This document shows positions 52,795 through 64,000 of a stretch of 64,000 nucleotides of DNA, in pieces (the first letter of the stretch is position 1; each line of letters opens with the position of its first letter). The stretch is taken from NCBI RefSeq assembly GCF_006345805.1, contig NC_043019.1:27651360-27715359 (forward strand), written 5' to 3'. Source of the stretch: Octopus sinensis (Eukaryota). The position numbers were made by a program, and so were the translations under genes. A model generated the notes under the pieces. The model searched no databases. It worked only from the letters and a program-made list of their open reading frames with translations, and was not told the origin of the DNA.

Positions 52795-53151
52795 ATATAT
52801 ATACACCACCACAAATGTATACATATATGAAATATAAGATGTCTTGAATGGTACAACAATGCAAAGTGGATTATAACTGTATAATTTAATTATTCAGAGT
52901 CTGGTATAATATTTCGGAATATAAAAATTCCTTCTTCAAATATTTGAAGAAGGAATATCTAGCAATATATAAAGAAGGAATTTTAATATTTTGTAATATT
53001 ATATCAGACTATGAATAATTAAATTATAAGTTATTATAGTCCACTCTGCATCGTTGTGCCATTCAAGACACGTTATATTTCACAAACAAACAATACACAA
53101 TGCTTCCAGCAAATACTCTCCTATATATATCTATATCTATATCTATATCTA

Positions 53152-53188
<37 letters not shown>

Positions 53189-54025
53189 GCGCACACACAC
53201 ACACATATGCATGTGTGTATTGATACTTGTGAGGCCATTCTCAAGTCATTGCTTCTACATTTACTGCAGGTTCTTTGTGTGATTGTAATATCTCATTTGA
53301 AAATCTTTATTAACTGTGAAAGCTGTTAAGTAGCATATACAAAAGGGAAGCAACTCATAAAGTAAAAAATTGATATCGCATGAAACTGTGCATAACAAAA
53401 GCAAACATTACTGAAATAGACATGTAAACCATTTAGTCTAAGTATTTCCTTTGTTTGTTTGAATATACTATTGGAATGACCCTTTAGCATTTAAAATGAC
53501 CATATCTGGTCCAAATATTCTAGTTGTTTTATACTCAAACTGACCACAACTGGCCTCTTGCACCTACCCTACAATGTCATTCTAAAAATAAGCAGTTTCA
53601 TCATAAAAATCTCAAAACAAGATAATGCATGATTAATTCAAAACAATGTCAATAGATAATCATTGCATTTGGTGGAATAATCTGAATGCAAAAGGATTAA
53701 ACCTAATAGCTTTACTGGAACTATTAATGTTATCACTTTTTGAGATTATTCAATCATAGACTTCACTCTTCCTTCAATATGTATGTGTGTCTGCATGTAT
53801 GCATGCATGCAAGCATGTATGCATGTATGTATGTATGTATGTATGTATGTATGTATGTATGTATGTATGTATGTATGTATGTATGTATGTATGTATGTAT
53901 GTATGTATGTATGTATGTATGTATGTATGTATGTATGTATGTATGTATGTATGTTTGTATGTATGTATGTATGTATGTATAGCTATGTAAATTTATATGT
54001 CTGTCTGTCTGTGTGTGTTCATCTG

Positions 54026-54060
<35 letters not shown>

Positions 54061-54927
54061 ATCAATCTATATATCTCACCTAACATGGATACACTGTAGA
54101 AAGCCACAATTCAGTGCAATATTTGGTTTGAGTAAGCATCTCATAGATGTATTGTGCTAAAGAGCACAGAAGTGTGTCAGTAGCAGACAATATTTCCAGC
54201 AGTGGCTGAAGAATTGGTAAGTCTGGATTTCTGCATTGCTGCTCCTCATCAGTAGCAAGTATCCTCTATCAGCTGCATCCTTGTCTATACGAAATGCTTT
54301 CTCAAGATGAATATCATAGTGTTGTGGTTTTCTACATTAAATCCATATTAAATAAGATATATTGAATGTTATTGCAAACTAATACTGCTTCCATCACTAA
54401 TAATGTATACATACATACATGCATACATACATACATACATGCATACATACATACATACATACATACATACATACATACATACATGCAAACAGACAGACAC
54501 ATACACACACATATACTTATATCCATACATACATATATATGTTTGTGTGAGTATGTGTGTGTGTGTGTGTTTGTGTATGTGTGTGTATGCACACATAAAT
54601 TCAATCAGCATATAAAGAATACAAATGCCAAGTGTATTCAATTCAATTCTTGATATTCAGACTGTGTTGGTCTCTATGCATGAACTAGCTAAGTATATTT
54701 TAGATAGATAGATAGATAAAAAGATACATGCACATCACATTCACACACACAAATACATATAATATATGTATGTATATACGCATACATTATACACGCACAC
54801 ATATGTGTGTGTGTGCATATATATATATATATAATATGCATATATATATATATTTTATTTATATTATTTGACTGAATGCCATGCATCTATTTCCAAGTAA
54901 GTTTATGTATGCATGTATACATACATG

Positions 54928-54994
<67 letters not shown>

Positions 54995-55247
54995 CGTACA
55001 TATATTATATATATACATATATATATAGATACATATATATATACATATTATATATACACACATATACCTATATATAATATATATATATATAAATTAGAAA
55101 AAAAACACCTTTATCAATTCAAAATGAACAATTAAATTACACCATCTAGAAAATTACATATAATAGAAATATCAAAATTAAAATAACAATAATATATCAA
55201 TGATTAAGTAAACGGCAAAAAAATAAAAACGTATATATTTGGTAGAA

Positions 55248-55351
55248 TAACGACACGTGTTTCGTGGCTATATTTAAGAAACGATTATAGTAAAAAAATT
55301 TATAGTAGTAGTAAAATCACTTCGATATAAATATAGCCACTCATCAGGTTA
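55248..55351 (-). ncRNA. Minimal type I hammerhead ribozyme
   Basis: Minus strand TAAC-CTGATGA-GTGGCTATATTT...AAATATAGCCAC-GAAA-C-ACGT-GTC-GTTA: 12-bp perfect stem II, palindromic ACGT loop, GUC site. Confidence 0.8.
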
Positions 55352-56052
55352 AAAATAAACTAGAATAATAAAATAATTAATTAATAAATATACTTTGATA
55401 AATATATTATATATAGATACTAAATATACATTGAGTGAAAACAAAAACAATACTTAAATTATTCAATACTTAAAATTAATTAATATAACACAAATGGTAG
55501 TACAAGTCATTAATATTGTAATCAAAATAAGAAATGGTTCAATATACAACTCATTAAATAAGCTAACTATATCATTAATATATATGAAGTATCTATAGAT
55601 TTACTATATCACTCTATAATATAGTTGACTAAATATCAATTAATATAATACCTAATTATCTTAAATTTAATACTACTTAATAATACGACCTAATAATAAT
55701 ATACCACCTAATAATAAAATAATATATTGTCTAACAAAATGAATTCTCAAATTAGTCAACTATATTTAGTCAACTATATTATAGAGTGATATATTAAATC
55801 TATAGATACTACACATATATTAATTATATAGTTAGTTTATTTAATGAGTTTGTCTATATTTGAACCATTTCTTATTGGGATTACAATATTAATGACTTGT
55901 ACTAACATTGTGTATATTAATTAATTTTAAAGTATTGAATAATTTATGTATTGTTTTTAGTTTTCACTTAATGTATATTTAGTATCTAATATATGTATAT
56001 ATATATATTTTAAATATATTTATTAATTAATTATTTTATTATTCTAGTTATT

Positions 56053-56140
56053 TTTACTGATGATGGCTATATTTATATCAAAATGATTTTACTACTACTA
56101 AATCATTTCTTAATATAGCCATGAAACACATGTCATTATT
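56053..56140 (+). ncRNA. Decayed copy of the 55.3-kb hammerhead (other arm of the inverted repeat)
   Basis: CTGATGA-TGGCTATATT...AATATAGCCA-TGAAAC-ACAT-GTC; CpG-type changes relative to the 55248-55351 copy. Confidence 0.6.
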
Positions 56141-56392
56141 CTACCAATATATACGTTTATTTTTTTTGTAATTACTTAATCATCATTATATTATTGTTAT
56201 TTTAATTTTAATATTTCTATTATATGTATTTTCTAGATGGTGTAATTTAATTGTTCATTTTGAATTGATAAAAGGTGTTTTTTTCTATTTTTTTAAATAT
56301 ATATTATTATTATATGTCTGAAATTTGACTTAGTATTTCTAAATTGAAGTTTTTCCCTGTAAGTTAGGATTAATATTCCCTCAAATAACTAT

Positions 56393-56452
<60 letters not shown>

Positions 56453-56647
56453 ATATATATATATATATAAATATATATATTTATATATATATATATATGA
56501 GATGCTAATTAGTCATGTGGATTTTCTTTAAGGATATTGTAATTGTAATTATCAGAGGGTTATAATTATTATGGAAAGCTGTTGTGCTTGTGCAATTTTA
56601 ATGAAAACTAAAACAGATAGCTTTAGCTTGATAAGCATCACACAAAC

Positions 56648-56806
56648 CATTTACAAATTTAGTCTCGGTGATGGACATTTCTTTCAGAGAAAGGTTGCTA
56701 CGGAACCACTGGTCCTCTACCATAGCTTTGTTGTCTGCTTGACTGGCAGGTAAGTTGGTGTAACCACACATCATTTCATTTTCAAAGCTGCAATCAATTT
56801 TCCGGG
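56648..56806 (-). CDS. Exon 3: MAM2 N-terminal half
   Basis: ttttttAG|...|GTTTGT, phase 1-1, 159 nt; RKIDCSFENEMMCGYTN...DQWFRS. The donor is the less certain end. Confidence 0.85.
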
Positions 56807-59496
56807 CTAAAAAAAGAATTAGAGAGAAAGTTGAAAGAAAAAAAAAGATAGTGAAATCTGAAATCAGAGTCCTCTCAAACTGAAGTTTCCTGTTAAGTGA
56901 ACCCGAGTAGTGGCAGCTATGTATAGGATCTGTGGAACTGCAGCAGCCCCTATTTCCAATCGATATTATTGATAACATTCAATATGATGGGTCCTTTTTT
57001 TCTTTAATTCTTTCTTTATACTTGTACATTATATAATCCTTAAGCTCAATATTAGTAGCGATTCCCTAGTTTATGAAAAAAATACAAATTCCTTGTATGG
57101 AACTGCATGCTTCACAGTTCCAGTGATGCAGTGTTTGGCTGTTGTGCATGTGCTCACATGTACAAGATAGGAAACTTCATTCTAGGAATAGATAGCACTG
57201 TCGTTCATGCAGTGCCAGCGAAAGGTAATGTTTCTTTTTGACTCTGCGTGTATTGTGCTTAAAAACGTGTTTATATTCTTGAATGTGATAAAGTGTAGAA
57301 TTAGATTATTATCCTGCTTGCAACCCCCCCCCCCCAATTCTGTGATTTAGAGAGGATTTTTGAAAAACACGGGGGAATACGGCAGTGTTCCGTGAATAAA
57401 TTAAACACACTACCTAGCAGTGGCTAAAACGTGAATATTCTTTTTATATGTTTGTTTCCTTTTACACAATATTAAAACAATGGGTAAAAATTTTTTGAAG
57501 CAGCACCACCACTAATTTTATCTACGAGCTTCCACTGGAACCCAGTCCTAAGCATGCTGACAGATCTCTGTGAAACCTGTCCACAATTTATATTGACTGC
57601 AAACTAATAAGGTGACCTCAATATAGTGTCTCGACATGGTAGTTATAGCAGTGAATTCTTCCTCATACTACATCCAGTCATCTTTAAAAAAAGGGAAGAT
57701 ATATTTGATAATGCAATCTTAAACCTTTAGCATTTAAACTAGCCATATCTAGCCAAAATATTCTACTGGTCAGATCCAACCTTTCAAACTTACCCTACAA
57801 TGTCATTTTAAAAATAAAAGAATCACATCATCAAAATCTTCAAACAATGAGATAATACATAATTAATTCAAAACAATGTGAATAAATATGCATTACATTT
57901 GACAGAGTAAACTGAATGTTAAAGGATTAAATAACTCTAAACAGACAGGATTGTCATGGCTTTATCAGGGTTGACCAGGGGTGAAACAACAATAACAATC
58001 TTCACTCTCTCTCTGCATGCTGGTGTATCTTGTAGTTTTTTACCAACTTTAACAACATTAACATCCCAGAAAATTGCCACAGTATCTGGACTAAGGATGT
58101 TTTAGCAAAGCTGCTCAGATAAAGTCTCTGTTAATCTTCTATCATCTAGATTGGAAGTTTCTCATCCAGTTGCTCTATCATTACTTTATCTTAGGTATAC
58201 TCAGCCAATAGTTTGTCTTTTCCTTTTTAATCCTTTTCTTTAGTATACTACTACAAATCTTCTGAAATGAGATATGGTCAAGTGAATTGACCTTTGGACA
58301 TTAGGGTTATTTTATCAAACCTGAAAGAATGACAGGTATTTGAACTGTTTATTTCAACTCTCTGTATTTGAACTGTAACTGACTAGTTCAGCCTCGCCAC
58401 TGCTCTTTTATGTAATGAATTATTGATTAAGACAGTCACCTCTAACCAAGCTCAAGCCAAACCAAACCATTCCTCATTAACACTCTGCCATCAATTTTGT
58501 TTCAACACCAAAAATTATCCAGATGTTTTACTAGCAATGCCAACTGGGTCAAAGGGGAGTAAAATTTCTTGAAATTTTAATGGAGGGGACTGCTAAGTAT
58601 TTTGCCTGGTGTGCTTATTCTGCCAGCACACTGGCTTAATGATAATAAGGGTTAGTACCATTCTATACTCTGCTTGGTTCCAAAAGAAGATTCTTGAGAT
58701 TTGAGAGACTTGTCACTAAATCTCAAGATGAACAACCTGCTAACTAAATTAGCATGCACTAGTGAAATATTAATAATATATGTGGAGTTATGAAGTTGTG
58801 GATGATGCCAGGTAATTTGACTGACTCCATACAAGTATAAGTTTACTACAATGGGACTGACAGTCTCCAATGATATCTAAATAATGGTTAGAAGCTATCT
58901 AACCAATAACCATTGCAGTTACGAACAATACTGGATTGACAGTGTTAAAAGATTGAAGGAAGTGTCTTGCAGTATTTAGTTGTGATACTCCTGCTGAGGT
59001 AATTTTGCCTTCTGGGTTCATTATCATCATCATCATTTAGCATCCGCTTTCCATGCTGGCATGGGTTAGATGGTTTGACTGTAACTGGTAAGCCAGAGAG
59101 CTAATACAGCTTGGTTTCAATGGTTGGATACCCTTCCAAATGCCAACCACTGAAAGAGTGTAATGGGTGTTTTTTATGTGTCATTGGCACAAGTGCTTGT
59201 AGGTGTCATTGGCGTTTATGACAGATATAAGACTTATAACATTTATCACACAAACACACACACTCACATGCACATAAACACACATGCATATGTACATACA
59301 TACACACATGCACATGCACACGCATGCACATTCAATAAAATAAATATCACTAAGATATTAAGGTTGACTTAATGAACTGCTATTCTCCTCCACAAAAAAA
59401 AAAAAATCTGGATGGCCTTGTGCAAAAGATAGAAATAAACAATCATTAGGATTAAGAAGCAGACCAAGAAATAAGCCAAAATGAAGCAGTACTTAC

Positions 59497-59820
59497 GTGG
59501 ACAAGAGTAATGTGAGAGACTGACATCATCAATAGCTATGTCTCCCAGAGGACCCATTCCACGGGTTGCAGTGAGACTCACATTGACTTGAGTATCAAGT
59601 GGAAGATCGACACAACCCATGTACCAAAACGGTGTCTTTGCACCTGTTTCCTTCCACATGATCTTTTCATTGACAGTCACTTGGAGGCTACCAGTGTCAG
59701 ACCCATACATATAATAGTAAAATCTAAAGCTGCTTGTTTTTGATTCTTTGATGTTTGGAAATATGACATTTGTCTTGTCACCTGGACGACCTTTTGATGA
59801 ATCAGTTTGCAAGAAGTGAC
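59497..59820 (-). CDS. Exon 2: MAM1 C-terminal half
   Basis: ttccAG|...|GTAAGT, phase 1-1, 324 nt; HFLQTDSS...FRFYYYMYGSDTGSLQV...W...GDIAIDDVSLSHYSCP. Confidence 0.95.
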
Positions 59821-59890
59821 CTGGAAATAAGAAAAGGAGAGAAAATTAAACATGGGATATAACATTTATCACACACACACACACACACAC

Positions 59891-60075
59891 CAGGGGTATA
59901 TTTTGGGTGTGCTGGGTGTGCACTGCCCATCCATCAAAAATGGCAAATTTGTCATGAATATTAACCTTACTCATTAATTTAATCACAGATCTTAATGGAA
60001 CACTTTTGTTATACCCTTATTTGGTGGGATTCAGTGTGACAGCACACCCAGGACAACAACCACCATACGCCACTG
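59891..60075. mobile_element. hAT-type MITE
   Basis: TIR caggggtata / atacgccactg; subterminal gggtgtgctg / cagcacaccc; 8-bp flanks acacacac / atacacac. Confidence 0.6.
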
Positions 60076-60367
60076 ATACACACATGCAAATGCACCCTCC
60101 ACCACACACACACATGCATAGATACACACAGACATGCATATTCATGCTCACACTTTAGGCAAATATGCACACACACACATAAATACAGATATATACATAC
60201 CTACAGTTTATATACAATTAGATACACACACTCCAAGTGCTACTCACACACACACACACACACACACACACATGCATGCACATGCACACACACACATACA
60301 CATCCATATACACACACATGCACATACAAAGACATGCATATTCATGCTCACACTTTACACAAATATG

Positions 60368-60398
<31 letters not shown>

Positions 60399-60625
60399 AA
60401 ATACAGATAAACATACCCACATTCCATTCTCAATTAAATACATACACTCCGAACCCTACTCACGCACACACACACACACATGCACACACATAAATGCAGA
60501 TATACACACCCAAACCCTACAAACATACCCTATGCCCCCCACCCCACATGCACATATGGCACACACACACACACACACACATGTATACATAAATGTTTAG
60601 AGAAAATCTTGCAGTAGACACTAAC

Positions 60626-60787
60626 CTCCAGTTGTGTTACTTGTGTGATCCCTCTGGGGACCAGTCAGTCCCTTTGCTTTGAAACCAGTGGTTCTGTGCC
60701 ACATAAATTGAGTACTTGTAGAGCAGTCTATGTCATAGTTGCACATGTTTGGTTCCTTAAAACTGCAGTTGGTCATCATCAAACCCA
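60626..60787 (-). CDS. Exon 1 (in window): MAM1 N-terminal half
   Basis: ctttcAG|...|GTTAGT, phase 1-1, 162 nt; GLMMTNCSFKEPNMCNYDIDCSTSTQFMWHRTTGFKAKGLTGPQRDHTSNTTG has the MAM CxFE..C..W..GP..DHT motif. Not in the ORF track. Confidence 0.9.
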
Positions 60788-60844
60788 CTGAAAGAAGACA
60801 AGGGAAACAAATAACAACATAAATCTTTTATCTTTTTGTCTTTT

Positions 60845-61262
60845 TTAACTTGTTTCAGTCATCAGGCTGTGGCCATACTGGGGTACCAGCCTGATGGATT
60901 TTAGTTGAACAAATCAACCCCTGTGCTTATTTTTCATTTTTAAGCCAAGTACTTATTCTATCAGACTATTTTGCTGAAACACTAAGTTATGGGGACATAA
61001 ACAAACCAACACCAGTTGTCAGGTGGTGGTGGTGGGGGGGTACAAACACAGGCACAAAGACAGACACACACTACACATACACACACACACATTATATTAT
61101 ATGATGAGCTTCTTTCAGTTTCTATCTACCAAATCTGCTCACAAGGGTTTGGTCAGTCTGAGGTTATAGAAGATATTTACCCAAAGTGCCATTTAGTAGG
61201 ACAGAACCTGGAACTGTGTGGTTGGGAAGCAGACTTCTTACCACACATCCATGGCTGTGCCT
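60845..61262 (-). mobile_element. SINE family A, diverged
   Basis: Recognisable along its full length with many substitutions. Confidence 0.7.
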
Positions 61263-61439
61263 ATAATATTTGAAATAATTTTTCTCAGAAGGGGGTTAAG
61301 TGTACATTTTCATATGTCAATAAAAGACATATAAGCTGCGAGGTCAGAGCACTAGTCTGCAAACCATGTGGGCATGAGTTCAAAACTTATTTTCGTCTGT
61401 CTGCCTGTCTGTCTATCCATCTGTCTAGTCAGGAGACTT

Positions 61440-61760
61440 GACCAGAGCAATGCAACTCTGCCACACTAAATGTTCCTATCTTCCATTGCAGTCCTCATAT
61501 CCTCGCCTTGGCATCTTGTGTCTCACACGGGTCTGCCAATATCTGTATGTCTATGCACAGGTTTCCAGAGAAGGGAATCACTGGATATTTCATCCTTGTT
61601 TCTCCAGCAGTGTCCTCCATAACATGTTCTTCCTTGATTACCAAGCAAATGATAGGAAGACTGCTTTACAGTTGCTGCTTTGTAGGGTGTTGCTGTCAAG
61701 AAAGATTGAGAACTGCACTAAGCAATGGAAATCCAGCTTCTACAGTAGTTGCCTGTGTAG
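61440..61760 (-). mobile_element. Degenerate RTE-like LINE RT C-terminal fragment
   Basis: HPTKQQL...GHCWRNKDEISSDSLLWKPVH...GRP...MEDR motif series with shifts. Confidence 0.55.
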
Positions 61761-62805
61761 CAATAGCCATTTTAGCCATTTTGAAATGTGGTGCGAATTG
61801 GCAATATGACGTAATGTCTTTGCCGAAGAATTAGCATTTTCGTTTTTTTCCCATTGGTTAAAATAACTGTTTGTAAAAAGATTCTAGAAGTTTCGAAAAG
61901 AATGTTTGTCCTGAATTTCGATTCTTTAGTGTTCATTCGGTAGTCATTCAACTCCACGACACTCACTCTTTTGGAGACATCGGTAAATTTTTATGCCATG
62001 TCTACGTTAATCACAAATCTATTTTGATTTGTTGGTTAGCGTATTAGATAGAAAAAGAAATTAGCTAAGGAATTTAAAGTCGTTTTTCTTCACAACTAAG
62101 TTATCTTTCTTCTTGTAAATAAATATAAAATGTTATATTTATATAAATAAAATAATTAAAAAGAAAATCTTTCTCTTCACGTTTGTTTTTCAACTGAGCA
62201 GAGATAAATATGCATTTCTGTAATCTTTGTTTTACGTTTCTTATAGCGGTTTAAAGGACACGATTAAAATATTCAACATACATGGTCGTTGAGTTAGCGT
62301 TCCATACGTATATGTCTATATGACGTTACAACTGCAGTTAGGGTTAAAGATTCAATGATAACACTTTAGTATAAGTGACGATAAATCATTATATTTTCCC
62401 TTACTCAGAGGAAAGCCTAAATAAATAATATAACTTAAGAGAAAGCTTAAGGTAGAATAAACCGACAGCCACCGTAGGAAACCTGCAACAGCCCTACTTA
62501 TTACAATGGGTAGTCCACTTTACTCTGTTAGGAGCATAGGACTATTTCCCAATTTCTTTAGTGTATATATCCCTCCTTAGATGGGACATTGGTCCATTGC
62601 AGGATTAACTCATTTTTACCAGCTGAGTGGTAATGAAGAGTTTTACTCAAGAACACAATACATTGCCTGAACCAGGAATTGAAACTGCAATCATATGATT
62701 ATGAGTTCAACACCCTCACTCCACTACTTTTTACAATAACTGGAGCTATTTTACTGTGGACAAGGCACATAACACTGGATGGAAAAAGTAAAACAAAAAT
62801 AAACA

Positions 62806-63190
62806 GGAGTGGCTGTGTGGTAAGTAGCTTGTTTACCAACCACATGGTTCCGGGTTCAGTCCCACTGCGTGGCACCTTGGGCAAGTGTCTTCTGCTATAG
62901 CCTCGGGCCGACCAAAACCATGCGAGTGGATTTGGTAGACGGAAACTGAAAGAAGCCCGTCGTATATATGTATATATATATGTGCGTGTGTGTGTGTTTG
63001 TGTGTCTGTGTTTGTCCCCCTAGCATTGCTTGACAACCGATGCTGGTGTGTTTATGTCCCCGTTACTTAGCGGTTCAGCAAAAAGAGACCGATAGAATAA
63101 GTACTGGGCTTAGAAAAGAATAAGTCCTGGGTTCGATTAAAGGCGGTGCTCCAGTATGGCCGCAGTCAAATGACTGAAACAAGTAAAAAA
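62806..63190 (+). mobile_element. SINE family A
   Basis: Full-length copy with A-rich tail. Confidence 0.85.
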
Positions 63191-63544
63191 AAAAAAAAAA
63201 AAAAAAAAGAACCACAAAAAATTATAAAAATTTAAGGTCACCAGAGTTGGTATACTGCAACAAAGGAAAATAAAACAAAATTCTTCTTTGAAAAAGGGCC
63301 AAAGTGCATGGAAACACCCAAATTTACCATTTCCCATAGCATATGATTAATTATGCTTGCTCAAGATAGCATGACTGATATGAAGTAAGTTTATTTTCAC
63401 TATTTCACAGATGAGGGTGAAAACAATTATTCCACCAAATAAATTAATCACCTGAAGTATTGAAGCTGGTTGAACCTTAGATGATAGAATCTTGACAACT
63501 CTTTGGGTTTTTGCCTCAGTTCATGTTGTTGTTGCTTAGCTCTA

Positions 63545-63742
63545 AGAAACACGCTGGACGAAATGCTTAGCGGTATTTCGTCTGCTGCTATGTTCTGAGT
63601 TCAAATTCCGCCGAGGTTGACTTTGCCTTTCATCCTTTTGGGGCCGATTAAATAAGTACCAGTTATGCACTGGGGTCGGTATAATCGACTTAATCCGTTT
63701 GTTGTCCTATCTATGTTTAGCCCCTTGTGGGTAGTAGGAAAT
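63545..63742 (+). mobile_element. SINE family B
   Basis: gaaatgcttagcggtatttcgtc...gagttcaaattccgccgagg...cccttgtgggtag. Confidence 0.8.
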
Positions 63743-63861
63743 GGGTAAATCTATGATCAAAGACATTCTAACCATGACCGTCTAGTCATTTCAGGCATAT
63801 TTTATCTCAATCTACTGTCTTTTCCATCATATATGTCTAATTTTTCAAACTAAAATTTACG

Positions 63862-64000
63862 TGGCTGTGTGGTAAGTAGCTTGTTTACCAACCACATGGT
63901 TCCGGGTTCAGTCCCACTGCGTGGCACCTTGGGCAAGTGTCTTCTACTATAGCCTCGGGCCGACCAAAGCCTTGTGAGTGGATTTGGTAGACGGAAACTG
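63862..64000 (+). mobile_element. SINE family A, cut by the window end
   Basis: Near-identical to 62808-62950. Confidence 0.85.

Larger units (their letters stand above)
55093..56290. repeat. Large inverted repeat (arms about 520-540 bp) carrying hammerheads, flanked by (TA)n
   Basis: 55093-55633 vs 55776-56290 are diverged reverse complements; spacer about 140 bp. Confidence 0.85.

Noticed and set aside
52850-53050. Inverted repeat with a TTGAAGAAGGAA...TTCCGAAA motif
   Set aside because: Probably a decayed Penelope end; the core and stems I and III are too degenerate to call a ribozyme.
61772-62060. Possible first exon or signal peptide upstream of exon 1
   Set aside because: No hydrophobic signal or TM segment, and no ATG-to-phase-1-donor combination; the 5' end is probably outside the window.

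Overview
AT-rich, microsatellite-laden eukaryotic genomic DNA. The SINE/LINE repertoire and simple-repeat load point to an octopus (cephalopod) genome; this is an inference. Almost the whole window is one large minus-strand gene, open at both ends. I spliced 22 GT-AG exons by hand (60787 down to 1992, 3662 coding nt, about 1220 aa). They encode a modular protease: MAM-MAM-LDLa-SRCR-LDLa-LDLa-SRCR-[S1 serine protease]-LDLa-MAM-LDLa-LDLa-LDLa. The protease domain is internal rather than C-terminal and has an intact His/Asp/Ser triad. Its activation site is non-canonical (Phe|VQFG) and its S1 pocket is non-trypsin (Pro189/Gly216/Ala226). One LDLa exon carries a 1-nt frameshift. The introns hold tRNA-derived SINEs, RTE/CR1/Tx1 LINE ends, Penelope-like remnants, a mariner remnant, hAT MITEs, a non-autonomous Helitron and a solo LTR. 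They also hold at least three sequence-unrelated families of minimal hammerhead ribozyme with palindromic helix-III loops, one inside a retrozyme-like 352-bp unit. Most ORFs in the supplied track are microsatellite artefacts. No database search or folding program was run; exon coordinates were read by hand and repeat boundaries are approximate.
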